Below are positions 13,213 through 22,599 of a DNA stretch of 64,000 bases, one piece after another. The first letter of the stretch is position 1. Every line of letters starts with the position of its first letter. Source of the DNA: Gammaproteobacteria bacterium (GTDB lineage: Bacteria > Pseudomonadota > Gammaproteobacteria > Eutrophobiales > Eutrophobiaceae). The stretch is taken from assembly GCA_965215365.1 (NCBI GenBank), contig CBDCDS010000003.1, forward strand, positions 1,792,001-1,856,000, read 5' to 3'. A model generated the notes under the pieces. That model was not told the DNA's origin and made no database searches. It saw only the letters and a list, made by a program, of their open reading frames with translations. The position numbers were made by a program, and so were the translations under genes.

Positions 13213-13292
13213 CCCGTGTGACTTAAGCGCGCAGCTACAGTATAATAGTCCGGTAACGCTGCTGCAGCGCCGTTTTCGATAATGAGCATGAC

Positions 13293-14348
13293 ATGAACAA
13301 AGGTACAGGAATAAGTTCTCTCCACCCGCGTTGCCTGCAAATTTCCCAGGTGCATAAGGATACGTTGCACTTCCTGTTCCTTGCCAAACACGCGCTCGGC
13401 AACGGCTTGCCCGATGCTGAAGATGGTAACCACGCAGTGTACCATTATGACATTCTACAAAAACTGCGCGGCATCGGTCTGCGGGTCACGCCGGCGAATA
13501 CGTTTGAGGCGTTGTACGGCAAGCCTGATTTTGATTTTTTGATCACGCTGTTCAACCGCGCCGGTTTCAGGAACAGCGAAATGTTTGCGCCGCTGTTCGG
13601 TGAGTATCATCGCATTCCTTACCTGGGCGGCTCCCCTATTGTGCGCGGGGTCTCCGATGATAAACATGTGACCAAACGCATCGTGCAGGCCTTAGGGATT
13701 GCTACGCTGCCGTGGAAGTATTACCCCATGGGCGGCCTGGATAATGCCGCGCCTGAGTTTGGCGCCGACTTTCACGGCCATGCGTTCATCGTCAAGCCCA
13801 ACGCCAGTTCCGGCTCCTGGGGCGTGCGCCAGCTGGCCTGCCGGAATGAAGCGGCGCGGCATATTGCGGAACTGCACGGACAGGGCCATGATGTGCTCGT
13901 CGAGCCCTGCATCGACGGCGCCGACTTTGCCATACCCGTCATCGGCGCGCGCCAGCCGTGGATGCTGCCGATCATCCAGTACCAGTACGCCCAAGGCAAC
14001 ATGCGTACCTACGAGCAGAAGCGCGGCCTGCTGCATGAACATACCCCAACCGAGTGTGTGACGCTGCATGATGAGCGTCTGGAGCAGCGGTTCCACCCGC
14101 TGTGCCGGCAGATTATCGCCGAGTTCTGGCCGTTCGACCACGCCCGCATCGAATTTCGGGTGGACGCACGCACCGGCAAGGCCTATTTCATCGAAATCAA
14201 CCTGAACTGCAACCTGGCCGCAGATAAAGCCATTGCTGTCAGTGCCGCCAGCCTGGGCGTCAGCCACGAGCAGCTGATCGAGACGGTTATCTGTAACAGC
14301 TTGCTGCGCCAAGGCGTCATTAACGAGGTTGAAACGATTGCGGCCTGA
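13293..14348 (+). CDS. ATP-grasp ligase, D-Ala-D-Ala ligase-like but divergent
   Basis: IPYLG..., DDKHVTK, FIVKPNASSGSWGV, VLVEPCIDG, ARIEFRVD, FIEINLNCNL; N-terminus lacks Ddl GGxSxE. Confidence 0.75.
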   Translation: MNKGTGISSLHPRCLQISQVHKDTLHFLFLAKHALGNGLPDAEDGNHAVYHYDILQKLRGIGLRVTPANTFEALYGKPDFDFLITLFNRAGFRNSEMFAPLFGEYHRIPYLGGSPIVRGVSDDKHVTKRIVQALGIATLPWKYYPMGGLDNAAPEFGADFHGHAFIVKPNASSGSWGVRQLACRNEAARHIAELHGQGHDVLVEPCIDGADFAIPVIGARQPWMLPIIQYQYAQGNMRTYEQKRGLLHEHTPTECVTLHDERLEQRFHPLCRQIIAEFWPFDHARIEFRVDARTGKAYFIEINLNCNLAADKAIAVSAASLGVSHEQLIETVICNSLLRQGVINEVETIAA

Positions 14349-14350
14349 AC

Positions 14351-15172
14351 ATGCCGGAACCCCCTGACCTACCCGCCGCGGCGGCTCCTCCGGCTTATAC
14401 CGTGCTGCTGCTCGCTGCGCAGCGCCGTGGCCGCGACCCGCTGTCAGCCCTGACCGGCGCTCGACACAAGTGCCTGCTCGACCTCCACGGCCGCCCCATG
14501 ATCGCCTGGGTACTGGACACCTTGCTGGCTGCGCCCATGGTCAGGCAGATACTCATATCCATTGAGGACGCCGCCGTGCTGGATGGCGTTCCCGAAGCCG
14601 CAGCTGCGCGAGTACAGGTCATCGCCAGTGCCGACAACCTCTATGCCAGCGTCGAACGTGCACTGACCGCCGCCGGCAACTATCCGGCGCTGATCACTAC
14701 GGCCGACAACCCGTTGCTCAGCGTGGAAATGTTGACGCATTTCTGCCATGAACTGGAGCGGCGTCAGTCCGATGCCGCAGCAACAATGACCCGGGCCGGA
14801 TTGATGCGGGCAAAATACCCGGAAGGTCAGCGGCGCTTCTATGCGTTCCGGGATGACGAATATTCAAACTGTAACCTCTATGCGCTGGCTAATGCCCGCG
14901 CCCTGCGCGCGGCCAGAATCTTTCAACACGGCGGGCAGTTCAGAAAAAAAATTACCCGCATCCTGCGCGCCTTCGGCCTGTCCAATTTCATCCTGTACCA
15001 ACTGCGCGCCTTGACTCTCAATGACCTCGCCGAACGCCTGTCCCGAAGTTTCGGCATCCGCGTCACCTTCATAACAATGCCCTTCCCGGAAGCCCCCATA
15101 GACGTGGACAACGAACGCACCCTTAAGGTCGCGCGTACGATTATGGGGCAACGGTTGCGGGAACCAACCTGA
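14351..15172 (+). CDS. MobA-like nucleotidyltransferase (NTP transferase)
   Basis: LLLAAQRRGRDPL..., HKCLLDLHGRPMIAWV, LITTADNPLL, PIDVDN; starts 2 bp after the ATP-grasp gene. Confidence 0.75.
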   Translation: MPEPPDLPAAAAPPAYTVLLLAAQRRGRDPLSALTGARHKCLLDLHGRPMIAWVLDTLLAAPMVRQILISIEDAAVLDGVPEAAAARVQVIASADNLYASVERALTAAGNYPALITTADNPLLSVEMLTHFCHELERRQSDAAATMTRAGLMRAKYPEGQRRFYAFRDDEYSNCNLYALANARALRAARIFQHGGQFRKKITRILRAFGLSNFILYQLRALTLNDLAERLSRSFGIRVTFITMPFPEAPIDVDNERTLKVARTIMGQRLREPT

Positions 15173-15207
15173 CCTGAGCGCACCAAATGGCCGCCGGCGC
15201 CGACCCA

Positions 15208-15585
15208 TCAAAACGGCGCAATTTTCAAGCCAAAAGTCTCAAATTGACGAAAGTCGGACACATTTGAAGTTGCGATCATCGCACCTTCAGACAGGGCAAT
15301 GGCCGCAATCATACAGTCAACAAATGTGCCACGCTGTCGTCCTGCTTCATTGAACAGGCGCGCGGCCGTAATTGCTTGCTCATCAGCGAAGTTGCTGCGG
15401 CGCCTGATGATCCCAGTTGCCAGGTTCAATTCCGAATTATTGACCGGACCGCACAGGAACTCTGCCTAGGCAACTGCGCTCATGCCGAGGGTCTCACCTG
15501 TGCCAAGCCATTCCCTGAGTTTGCGGTCTTCAGGCGAACCGCGCCTTAGCGCCCGAATCAGGAAACTGGTATCAAGGTGAATCAT
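15208..15585 (-). pseudogene. vapC: VapC/PIN toxin with in-frame amber stop at codon 40
   Basis: ATG 15585 reads MIHLDTSFLI...MSAVA-TAG(15466-15468)-AEFLCGP...VDCMIAAIA...ATSNVSDF; ATGA overlap with antitoxin. Confidence 0.88.
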
Positions 15586-15872
15586 TGGCTGCCGGGATGC
15601 AACCGCTTCCTGGTCTCTCGCCGTTCGCGTCTCAGGTTTTGTTCCCAGTCGTTGACGGTGGTTTCATCCAGGTTCAGTGCTGACTGCAAGCGCTCAAGGG
15701 CATCCAGGGCCTCACGGTCAGCAGGGGAGTGTTGCGCTGCCGTAGCCCAGATAGAGCGCTGTAATGCTTTAGACTTTGAGACGTTCCAGCGTCGCGCTAA
15801 TGCCTCCAGTGTGCGTACCGTCTCCACATCCAGCGAGTAGGTGGATTTTATAGTTGGAGTGGCCATGTTCAA
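15582..15872 (-). CDS. Ribbon-helix-helix (CopG-like) antitoxin, VapB-type
   Basis: STYSLDVETVRTLEALARRWNVSKSKAL RHH pattern; coupled to PIN gene. Confidence 0.8.
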   Translation of the reverse strand: MNMATPTIKSTYSLDVETVRTLEALARRWNVSKSKALQRSIWATAAQHSPADREALDALERLQSALNLDETTVNDWEQNLRRERRETRKRLHPGSQ

Positions 15873-16027
15873 ACTATATGGCCATATAAAAAATCTGTCA
15901 AGAGCTTACAGTCGGTCGATAAATCGTTGGTTGTTGCCACCGTATAAGGTAAGATGTGCGTAAGCTTTTTCTGTTCTGATAGACGAATCTTGAGTGCCAT
16001 GAGCAAAGATAACCACCTGCCCGATTA

Positions 16028-16087
16028 CCTCATAGAGAAATTAACGAAATACTGGCAAGATCTATTTTGAGAAGAGCAAAAAAATGA
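16028..16087 (+). pseudogene. C-terminal remnant of a HicA-like toxin
   Basis: Reads PHREINEILARSILRRAKK-stop with ATGA overlap to next gene; no in-frame HicA N-terminus upstream. Confidence 0.6.
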
Positions 16088-16503
16088 AATTTCAAGGCAA
16101 AGCATTTAAGAGTGGCAAATTCTGGTTGGCGGAAATTCCATTCCTTGAGCTGATGACCCAGGGGCGAACGAAAAAAGAACTGCTACTGATGGTCGAAGAT
16201 CTGTTTATTGCCCTGGCAGACAAAAAAGGATTTGAGGTACATGTCAAATGCTCCACCGATGGAACTCTTGAAGTCGGTTCCAATGACAATAAGGTAATGG
16301 TAGGTTTGCTGCTAAAGCGCCAGAGGCAGTCGCACAACCTGACAGTTCGGGAAGTGGCCGAGCGTCTGGGTTCGTCATCTAGGAATGCTTATGCTCGCTA
16401 TGAACAGGGCAAAACGCTGCCCAGTATAGATAAACTTCAGGAACTGTTGAAAGCAATCGGTTCAGGTTCCGATTTGGTTATTTCACCGGCCCGAGTCGCA
16501 TAA
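16084..16503 (+). CDS. HicB-like antitoxin with C-terminal XRE HTH
   Basis: WLAEIPFLELMTQGRTKKE HicB-like N-terminus; LTVREVAERLG...YARYEQGKTLPSIDKL HTH. Confidence 0.8.
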   Translation: MKFQGKAFKSGKFWLAEIPFLELMTQGRTKKELLLMVEDLFIALADKKGFEVHVKCSTDGTLEVGSNDNKVMVGLLLKRQRQSHNLTVREVAERLGSSSRNAYARYEQGKTLPSIDKLQELLKAIGSGSDLVISPARVA

Positions 16504-16508
16504 AGGCG

Positions 16509-16547
16509 CCTCTAAAAATACCACGGAGGGTATTTTTAGAGGTTACC
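16509..16547. repeat. Dispersed palindrome, CCTCTAAAAATACC family (full copy)
   Basis: CCTCTAAAAATACC-ACGGAG-GGTATTTTTAGAGG; related copies at 22482, 45685, 58242, 63896. Confidence 0.85.
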
Positions 16548-16626
16548 TCAAGTCACTTGACAGGTATTGAGCCGGAATGACAGACTGCCGCAGACTTTCA
16601 ATACACACTGACAACCGGAGGTTTGG

Positions 16627-17748
16627 ATGAGCCGAAGTGCGCCGCCGGCAAGAGTATGTTTTGTCATACCCACTTACAACGAGGCGCCGAATATTACCCT
16701 GTTGTTGCGGCAGTTGACCGAGCTCTATCCCGGCGCGGACACCCTGTTTCTGGTGGTTGACGATGGTAGCCCTGACGGCACGGCGCAACGGGTGCGGGAG
16801 TTCATGGATGGCACCGGGGGACGGGTATTCCTGCTGGAAGGGCAAAAGCGCGGACTGGGAGATGCTTACAGGCGCGGGATGAGCCACGCCTTAGCGGTGC
16901 TGCGCGCCGATATAATCGTGCAAATGGACGCCGATTTCTCTCACGACCCCGCCGCCGCCGCGCGCTTGCTGGAGCGGATTGCTGCCGGTGCTGACGTGGC
17001 CATAGGCAGCCGCTATGTGCCCGGCGGCGCGCTGGATAAACAGTGGCCGCTACGGCGGCGTTTGCAGTCCCGTTGTGCAAACCTGCTGGCCCGCCGGGTC
17101 AGCGGCTTGCGCGGAGTCGCCGACTGCACTGCGGGGTTCAAGGCCATCAAGGCCAGCACCTTGCGCAATGCCGGTCTGGAGGATATCCGTGTCAAGGGCT
17201 ACCTGTTCCAACCGGTATTGCTGGGCCGGCTGCTGCGCGCCGGCGCCCGGGTGGTGGAGGAGCCGATTCATTTTCGCGAACGCCGGCAGGGACAAACAAA
17301 ACTGGAGCTGTCGGAAGTGCTGCGCGAGCTGTGGGTGTTACGCCACGGCAGCGCCCAATGGACGGTCGCCAAGTTTGCCGTGACCGGCCTGTCCGGCGTG
17401 TTCGTCAACCTGGGCTCTTTTCACTTGTTGCTGAATCTTGGCCTGCACAGATTTCTGGCCTCGCCGCTGGCGATATTGCTCTCCATTTTTTCGAACTTCC
17501 TGGTGAATAATTTCTGGACCTTCAACGACCGGGTAGTGGCAGGGTGCTTGCCGGCGCGGGGGCTCAAGTACCTGTTTGCTGCGTTGCTGTCGCTGCTGGC
17601 GAGTTACGCGATCTTTGTCGCCGCTTCCGTGGCCTTGCCGGAAGTGGCACCATTACTGTTGCAAGCAGCCGCTATTCCCGCCGGAGCCCTGCTCAACTAC
17701 CTGCTCAGCTCACGCTGGATATTTCGTAATGAGGCGGGCCGGAAGTGA
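16627..17748 (+). CDS. Polyprenol-phosphate mannose synthase-like GT2 fused to GtrA-like domain
   Basis: VIPTYNE, VVDDGSPDGT, GLGDAY, QMDADFSHDP, GSRYVPGG, DCTAGF (DPM1-like); C-terminal 4-TM GtrA (KFAVTGLSGVFVN, SNFLVNNFWTF). Confidence 0.88.
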   Translation: MSRSAPPARVCFVIPTYNEAPNITLLLRQLTELYPGADTLFLVVDDGSPDGTAQRVREFMDGTGGRVFLLEGQKRGLGDAYRRGMSHALAVLRADIIVQMDADFSHDPAAAARLLERIAAGADVAIGSRYVPGGALDKQWPLRRRLQSRCANLLARRVSGLRGVADCTAGFKAIKASTLRNAGLEDIRVKGYLFQPVLLGRLLRAGARVVEEPIHFRERRQGQTKLELSEVLRELWVLRHGSAQWTVAKFAVTGLSGVFVNLGSFHLLLNLGLHRFLASPLAILLSIFSNFLVNNFWTFNDRVVAGCLPARGLKYLFAALLSLLASYAIFVAASVALPEVAPLLLQAAAIPAGALLNYLLSSRWIFRNEAGRK

Positions 17749-20120
17749 TGAATGCGGCAGATAAAATGAAGGAAATTTATTCTGTGCTGTCATCGAAAGA
17801 CGGGCGGGTGGCACTGGCACTGGGGCTGCTGACGGCACTCAGTTATTTTCCCGCCACGCAAGCCGGGTTTATCTGGGATGACGTGATTATCACCACGCTG
17901 CCCGCAGTGCGGGATTGGGGCGGATTGTGGCAGCTGTGGTTCAACCCCGGCGATGCCTACCTGCATAACGGTGTGGGTGAAGGCCATTACTGGCCGCTGA
18001 CCTACAGCAGCTTTTGGCTGGAACACAAGCTGTGGGGCTTCTCCCCGGTCGGTTACCATGTCGTCAATCTGCTGCTGCACTTCGTCAATACCCTGTTGCT
18101 GTGGCGCTTGTTGGCGCGTCTGGCCGCCCCGGCACCGTGGCTGGTGGCGGCGCTATTTGCCGTGCATCCCGTGCATGTGGAATCCGTAGTCTGGATCATT
18201 GGCCGTAAGGACTTGCTCTCATCCCTGTTTTATTTCATGGCAATCATGGCCTGGTTGCGTTTTGTTGAAACCGGACGAGCCGGGCGCTATGTCCTGTCGC
18301 TCGCATTGTTTGTGGCCGCCCTGTTGTGCAAGTCGTCGGTAGTGACCTTGCCGGCGGTGCTGCTGGTGCTGCACTGGTGGAAACAGGGGCACTTAGCGGC
18401 GCGCACCTTACTGCAGGTGGCGCCGTTTTTTGCCATCGGGCTGATGATGACCATGGCCGATTTATCGTTCTACCAGGGACGGGAACCGCTTGCCCTGGGC
18501 TATTCAATGATAGAACGTATGCAGATCGCCGCCGGTGCCCTGTGGTTTTATGCGGGGAAACTGTTGTGGCCGACCGGGCTGGCCGTGATCTACCCGCATT
18601 GGGACGTCGGTGCCACCGATTTGCAGGCTTGGGCTTACGTCATTGGCGTTGTCACCGTAGTCGTGCTGTGCTGGGGTTTGCGTCAACGGCTGGGCCGGGG
18701 GGCGCTGGCCGGTATTATTTATTTTGTCATCACGCTGGGGCCAGCGCTGGGCTTTATCGATTACGGCTACATGCAGTTTTCGTTCGTGGCTGATCGTTAC
18801 CAGTACCTCGCCGGCATCGGCCTCATGGCGTTGGTTGTCGGCACCGGTGTCGCCGGCGCAAAACGCCTTGACCTGTTAGCGGGCCGGCCCCCAACGGTTA
18901 TTGCCATCGCGGCGTTACCGTTGTTACTGCTGCTGGGCGCGCTGACCTGGAAACAAGCCGGCATTTACCGGGATGAAATGACATTTTTCAGCCACATCAT
19001 CGCGCTGAACCCGGATGCACGCCGGGTGTACCTGAACCTGGCCGCAGCGCTGAACGGGCAAGGGCGCGCGCAGGAGGCACTGACCGCCGCGCGCACCGCA
19101 GTGCAAAAAGAGCCCGATGCCGCCGACACACAAAGCACCCTGGGGTTGGCGTTGCTGAGGCTGGAGCGCTACGACGAAGCAGAACAACATCTGACCCGCG
19201 CACTGGATCTTAACCCGCGCTGGGCACCTGCCATGCAGAATATGGCTGACCTGCTGCGCCGGCAGGGGCGCTATGAGGCGGCGCTGGAAATGTTTCGGGA
19301 AACCCTGGCACTCAACCCTGACTCGGCCCTGATCCATGCCGGCATGGGCTACTGCCTGTTCCGGTTGGGCCGCTACGAAGAAACGATTGTCAGCGTCAAA
19401 CGGGCGTTTGCCATGCAGCCCGAGCTGGCGCAGACCCACCGCGACCTGTACCTGTTGCTGGAATGGGCGCTAAATGAGACCGGCCAAACAGGCGCGGCCG
19501 ACCGCCACCTAGCTGGCCGCCCTGGGCAGATAACGCTGAACGCCGATGATTATGTGCAGCTGGCCGATTCCTTCCGTTTGCAACAGGACTACACGCGCGC
19601 GCTGGCCGCCTATCGTCGCGCCCTAGAAATGGATCCCGAACACGGCACCGGTCACGCCGGCATGGGGGATGCGCTGTATCGTCTGCAACGCTACCAGGAG
19701 GCTGTTGAGGTCATGCAGCGCGCGCTGGAACTGCAACCCGAGCAGCCGTCGGCGCCGGCACTGCATTACCTCAGTGCTGAATCGTTGCGCGCCCTGGGGC
19801 GGCCACAGCAGGCCCTGGTGCATTATGAACAGGCGTTGCAGCTCAACCCGCAAATGGATGCAGCGGCCAATCGTTTGGCGGAATTACTGGTGGCACAAAA
19901 ACGTTATCAGCGCGCGCTCGAGCTCTATAAGGCGCTGGCCGACAGCAATCCTGATGATGCCAGCGCACATTCCAACGTCGGCGCGGTACTGTTTATGCTG
20001 AACAGAACCACAGAAGCATTGCCAGCGTTTGCGCGGGCGCTGTCCCTAGATCCCACCCATGAAAATGCACGCACCAACCTGGAACAGTCTAAATTACGCT
20101 TGCAACAAGAGGGTGAATAG
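17745..20120 (+). CDS. TMTC-like GT-C membrane glycosyltransferase with C-terminal TPR array
   Basis: GFIWDD acidic motif in first loop, YWPLTYSSF, GYHVVNLLLH, LFAVHPVHVESVVWIIGRKD, ALLCKS, ADRYQYL, then roughly ten TPR repeats. Confidence 0.85.
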   Translation: MMNAADKMKEIYSVLSSKDGRVALALGLLTALSYFPATQAGFIWDDVIITTLPAVRDWGGLWQLWFNPGDAYLHNGVGEGHYWPLTYSSFWLEHKLWGFSPVGYHVVNLLLHFVNTLLLWRLLARLAAPAPWLVAALFAVHPVHVESVVWIIGRKDLLSSLFYFMAIMAWLRFVETGRAGRYVLSLALFVAALLCKSSVVTLPAVLLVLHWWKQGHLAARTLLQVAPFFAIGLMMTMADLSFYQGREPLALGYSMIERMQIAAGALWFYAGKLLWPTGLAVIYPHWDVGATDLQAWAYVIGVVTVVVLCWGLRQRLGRGALAGIIYFVITLGPALGFIDYGYMQFSFVADRYQYLAGIGLMALVVGTGVAGAKRLDLLAGRPPTVIAIAALPLLLLLGALTWKQAGIYRDEMTFFSHIIALNPDARRVYLNLAAALNGQGRAQEALTAARTAVQKEPDAADTQSTLGLALLRLERYDEAEQHLTRALDLNPRWAPAMQNMADLLRRQGRYEAALEMFRETLALNPDSALIHAGMGYCLFRLGRYEETIVSVKRAFAMQPELAQTHRDLYLLLEWALNETGQTGAADRHLAGRPGQITLNADDYVQLADSFRLQQDYTRALAAYRRALEMDPEHGTGHAGMGDALYRLQRYQEAVEVMQRALELQPEQPSAPALHYLSAESLRALGRPQQALVHYEQALQLNPQMDAAANRLAELLVAQKRYQRALELYKALADSNPDDASAHSNVGAVLFMLNRTTEALPAFARALSLDPTHENARTNLEQSKLRLQQEGE

Positions 20121-20132
20121 AGAGAATAGAGT

Positions 20133-21620
20133 TCAGGGGCATCCTTCAGAGGCACCCCGAGCCTCGAACCGGACTATATCATCCTCGCCGAGATAATCCC
20201 CCACTTGCACTTCGATAATTTCCAGTTCAACCTCGGTTCGGTTCTCCAGCCGGTGCTTGACACCGCTGGGAATAAACGTTGATTCATTGACCGTCAGCTC
20301 GAAAGTGTCCTCGCCCCGGGTGACGGTGGCAGTCCCTGTTACCACAACCCAGTGTTCAGAGCGGCGCCGATGCAGCTGCAACGAGATTTTCCTGCCGGGT
20401 AGAATGGTCAGCCGTTTCACCTGGTGTGTGTCGCTGCATGCAAGCACCTCATACGCTCCCCATGGACGTCTGACGAGCAGGCGCTGCTCCAGCTCCGGGC
20501 GTTTCCGGTCAGCCAGTGCCGCCACCAGTTGCCGCACCTGTTGTGCTTGAGCCTGGTCCGCAACCATGACCGCATCGGCTGTTTCCACGATCACTAGGTT
20601 ATCGCAATGCAGCGCGGTGACCAGCCGCCGCTCGGAATACAGATAAGAATTGCGCGTCCCCAAAGCCAGCGCGTCCCCGCGCAGCACATTATTGTTTTCA
20701 TCCTTCACGCCCTGTTCCCATAGCTCGCTGAAGGCGCCGACATCCGACCAGCCACAGTCCAGGGGAATCACCGCGGCACCGGGGTCATCCGTTGCCGCCA
20801 GCTGCTCCAACACCGCAACATCGACGGAGGCGTCGGGGCAAGCGTCAAATGCCGTGCTGTCAAGGTGCAAGAAAAGCCCGTCTTGCGTCCCGTTGCCGCA
20901 GGCCGCCGCGCAGGCCCGATAAATATCCGGGTGTAATTTCTCCAGCGTTGCCAGCCAGACCGAAGCGCGCACCATAACCATCCCGCTGTGCCAGTAATAC
21001 TGGCCGCTAGCGATGTATTGTTGTGCCGCAGCTGTGTCAGGTTTTTCCTTAAAACCGGTCACGTGAAAGGCATTCGTCTGAGCCGACATGGCTATTTTCC
21101 GGCCCCGTTTCAGATAGCCATAACCGGTTGCCGCCGCCGGCGGGGCTATCCCGAAAGTGACGATGAGCCGATCCCGGGCGAGGACGATGCCAGCTGCAAG
21201 CGCCTGCCGGAATACGCCTTCGTTGCCAATCAGGTGGTCACTCGGCAGCATGAGCAGCAGCGGATCATCCGTAGCGGTGTGTTGCGTCAACGCAGCCGCC
21301 GTGAGCGCCGGCGCGGTATTACGCCCGGCGTTCTCCAGTATGATCAGCTGCAGCGGCCGGTCTATTGCGGCCGCTTGTTCGGCAACATGAAAACGGATAG
21401 CTTCGTTGCAGACGACCAACGGCGGCCGCGTGGCTACTCCTGCGGCTGCAATCCCGCCGCAGCGCGCCAAGGTCTGTTGTAACAGCGAGCGTTTGCCGAA
21501 GGGACGAATCAGCGGTTTCGGATAATTACGCCGGGATAGCGGCCATAACCGGCGACCTTCACCGCCAGCCAGAATGACCGGACATAATGTTGTTGCTTGC
21601 GTCACAACCCGAGCAGCCAC
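20133..21620 (-). CDS. manC: Mannose-1-phosphate guanylyltransferase / mannose-6-phosphate isomerase
   Basis: PVILAGGEGRRLWPLSR, GRNTAPA, PSDH, GWSDVG, RPWG, SLQLHRRRSEHWVVV, EVQVGDYLGEDDIVRF; start may be GTG at 21605. Confidence 0.93.
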   Translation of the reverse strand: MAARVVTQATTLCPVILAGGEGRRLWPLSRRNYPKPLIRPFGKRSLLQQTLARCGGIAAAGVATRPPLVVCNEAIRFHVAEQAAAIDRPLQLIILENAGRNTAPALTAAALTQHTATDDPLLLMLPSDHLIGNEGVFRQALAAGIVLARDRLIVTFGIAPPAAATGYGYLKRGRKIAMSAQTNAFHVTGFKEKPDTAAAQQYIASGQYYWHSGMVMVRASVWLATLEKLHPDIYRACAAACGNGTQDGLFLHLDSTAFDACPDASVDVAVLEQLAATDDPGAAVIPLDCGWSDVGAFSELWEQGVKDENNNVLRGDALALGTRNSYLYSERRLVTALHCDNLVIVETADAVMVADQAQAQQVRQLVAALADRKRPELEQRLLVRRPWGAYEVLACSDTHQVKRLTILPGRKISLQLHRRRSEHWVVVTGTATVTRGEDTFELTVNESTFIPSGVKHRLENRTEVELEIIEVQVGDYLGEDDIVRFEARGASEGCP

Positions 21621-21672
21621 CCCGCCGCCTCCGGCATCAAGGCGTTACGCCTGCCAGCGGCGGGGTGGCTGC
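21613..21672. repeat. 16-bp inverted repeat between yccA and manC
   Basis: GCAGCCACCCCGCCGC (21613-21628) / GCGGCGGGGTGGCTGC (21657-21672). Confidence 0.7.
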
Positions 21673-21699
21673 CAACGCACCGCAATTCTTTGAGGCGCG

Positions 21700-22371
21700 T
21701 TAGCGTTCCTGGCCGGCGAATGCCGCCAGCAGGTGCAGCAGGCTGGTGAACAGATTGAAGATGGCTACGTACAAGGTAATCGTCGCCATGATGTAATTGG
21801 TTTCACCGCCATGGATCATTGCGCTGGTCTGGTACAGGATCATGCCGGACATCAGCAGGATAAAGATGGCCGATACCGCCAGCGCCATGGCCGGAATGCT
21901 GAAAATGGCGGCGCAAATACCGAGTAGGAATGCCACTAGTATCCCCACCATGAGGAACCCGCCCATGAAGCTGAAGTCCTTGCGGGTGGTCAGGGCATAA
22001 CCGGACAGACCAAGAAAGATCATGCCGGTGCCGCCCAGAGCCAGCATTACCAGCTGCCCACCATTACTGAAGAACTGCAGATACGCATTCAGGAATGGCC
22101 CTAAGGTTAAGCCCATGAAACCGGTCAGGGCAAACACTGCGGCCAGTCCCCAGACGCTGTTTCTCAGCGCCGAGGTCAGGAACAACAGACCAAAATAACC
22201 GCCCAGAGTGATGAGCAAACCCATACTCGGTAGATTCATGGCCATGGCCACAGCCGCCATCAACGCGCTGAACAGCAGGGTCATGGACAGCAAGATATAA
22301 GTGTTACGAATCAGCTTGTTGGTAGCCAGCGCCGCCGGCGCCGGACTTGCGACTGCATACTGTTGACTCAT
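21700..22371 (-). CDS. yccA: Bax inhibitor-1/YccA family membrane protein
   Basis: TNKLIRNTYILLSMTL, ALTTRKDFSF, GGETNYIMATITLYV; divergent from tRNA-Ser. Confidence 0.95.
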   Translation of the reverse strand: MSQQYAVASPAPAALATNKLIRNTYILLSMTLLFSALMAAVAMAMNLPSMGLLITLGGYFGLLFLTSALRNSVWGLAAVFALTGFMGLTLGPFLNAYLQFFSNGGQLVMLALGGTGMIFLGLSGYALTTRKDFSFMGGFLMVGILVAFLLGICAAIFSIPAMALAVSAIFILLMSGMILYQTSAMIHGGETNYIMATITLYVAIFNLFTSLLHLLAAFAGQER

Positions 22372-22509
22372 TACAAACCTCCGATGGTTATTGCGATAAC
22401 CTTGATCATAGGGGCAACGGCGTTACTTTTCAAGATATTTCGGATAGAATTATCAAGAACGCCTGAAAACGCCCCATCGCAGCATTTTTAGAGGTTACCT
22501 AAAACCCCC

Positions 22510-22599
22510 GGAGAGGTGGCAGAGTGGTTAAATGCACCGGTCTTGAAAACCGGCAAGGGTTAACGCCCTTCGTGGGTTCGAATCCCACCCTCTCCGCCA
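22510..22599 (+). tRNA. tRNA-Ser (anticodon TGA)
   Basis: GGAGAGG acceptor, anticodon arm CCGGT-CTTGAAA-ACCGG, long variable arm, GTTCGAATC, encoded CCA. Confidence 0.97.

Noticed and set aside
11760-13260. IS1202-type insertion next to a dif/Xer site (5-bp TSD)
   Set aside because: No dif-like sequence in either flank and ends do not start with TGT
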